From an uncultured Actinomycetota bacterium (lineage in GTDB: Bacteria; Actinomycetota; Actinomycetes; Mycobacteriales; Mycobacteriaceae): 64,000 nucleotides of DNA. How positions within the stretch are numbered: position 1 is the stretch's first letter; each line of letters begins with the position of its first letter. Shown one piece after another: positions 63,624 through 64,000 of the stretch. The notes below the pieces were generated by a model that was not told the DNA's origin, ran no database searches, and saw nothing but the letters and a program-made list of their open reading frames with translations. A program made the position numbers and the translations under genes. Location of the stretch: contig CAWASA010000017.1 of assembly GCA_963784665.1 (NCBI GenBank), forward strand, positions 61,114-125,113, given 5' to 3'.

Positions 63624-64000
63624 ATGACGAGCATGTGGGGTGCTCCGCTCCATCGCCGCTGGCGCGGGTCAATGCTGCGGGACCCACGCCAGGCCAAGTT
63701 CCTCACGCTGGCATCGCTGAGGTGGGCGTTGAGGAATCGCGCGTACACGCCGTGGTATTTGGTGCGGTATTGGCGGCTGCTGAAGTTCAAGCTGGCCAAC
63801 CCGCACATCATCACCCGCGGTATGGTCTTTCTCGGCAAGGGTGTCGAGATCCACTCAACGCCTGAATTGGCGCAGCTGGAGATCGGCCGCTGGGTGCACA
63901 TCGGGGACAAGAACACCATCCGGGCGCACGAGGGCTCGCTGCGGTTCGGTGACAAGGTGGTGCTGGGCCGTGACAACGTCATCAACTGCTATCTCGACAT
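63624..64000 (+). CDS. Hexapeptide-repeat acyltransferase (Rv3034c ortholog), partial
   Basis: Manual translation MTSMWGAP...LEIGRWVHIGDKNTIRAHEGSLRFGDKVVLG. Confidence 0.88.
   Translation, partial: MTSMWGAPLHRRWRGSMLRDPRQAKFLTLASLRWALRNRAYTPWYLVRYWRLLKFKLANPHIITRGMVFLGKGVEIHSTPELAQLEIGRWVHIGDKNTIRAHEGSLRFGDKVVLGRDNVINCYLD

Overview
High-GC Mycobacterium chromosomal DNA, most likely from a non-tuberculous slow grower. From about 20.8 kb to the end it is collinear, in reverse orientation, with the M. tuberculosis Rv3063-Rv3034c region: cstA, ligB, fadE22, tandem GntR, cyp136/TetR/SDR, dinP, nrdH-nrdI-nrdE, BVMO, nrdF2, adhC, fecB, ctaD, serB2, echA17, methyltransferases and TB22.2. The first 20.8 kb is accessory. 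It holds an orphan Prim-Pol, a WS/DGAT, SRPBCC/SDR genes, an orphan cNMP-binding protein, an atypical Hsp70 with a nitroreductase, a SpoIIAA-like gene and a complete mce3-like operon with permuted accessory genes. Smaller inserts lie inside the core. The strongest leads are (i) a tiny secreted lipopeptide gene divergent from a DAG-kinase-like gene and a second, divergent Lgt, and (ii) a Leu-codon leader peptide and RNA switch (LEU-element type) controlling a stand-alone LeuA regulatory-domain protein. Other leads are a MEDS/anti-sigma gene with a SigF-type promoter, a membrane-anchored Mrr nuclease, a structured nrdH leader and a MIRU-like element translated as part of echA17. No rRNA, tRNA, CRISPR array, integrase or transposase was seen. 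Orthology calls come from motif recognition and recalled sequences, not from database searches.
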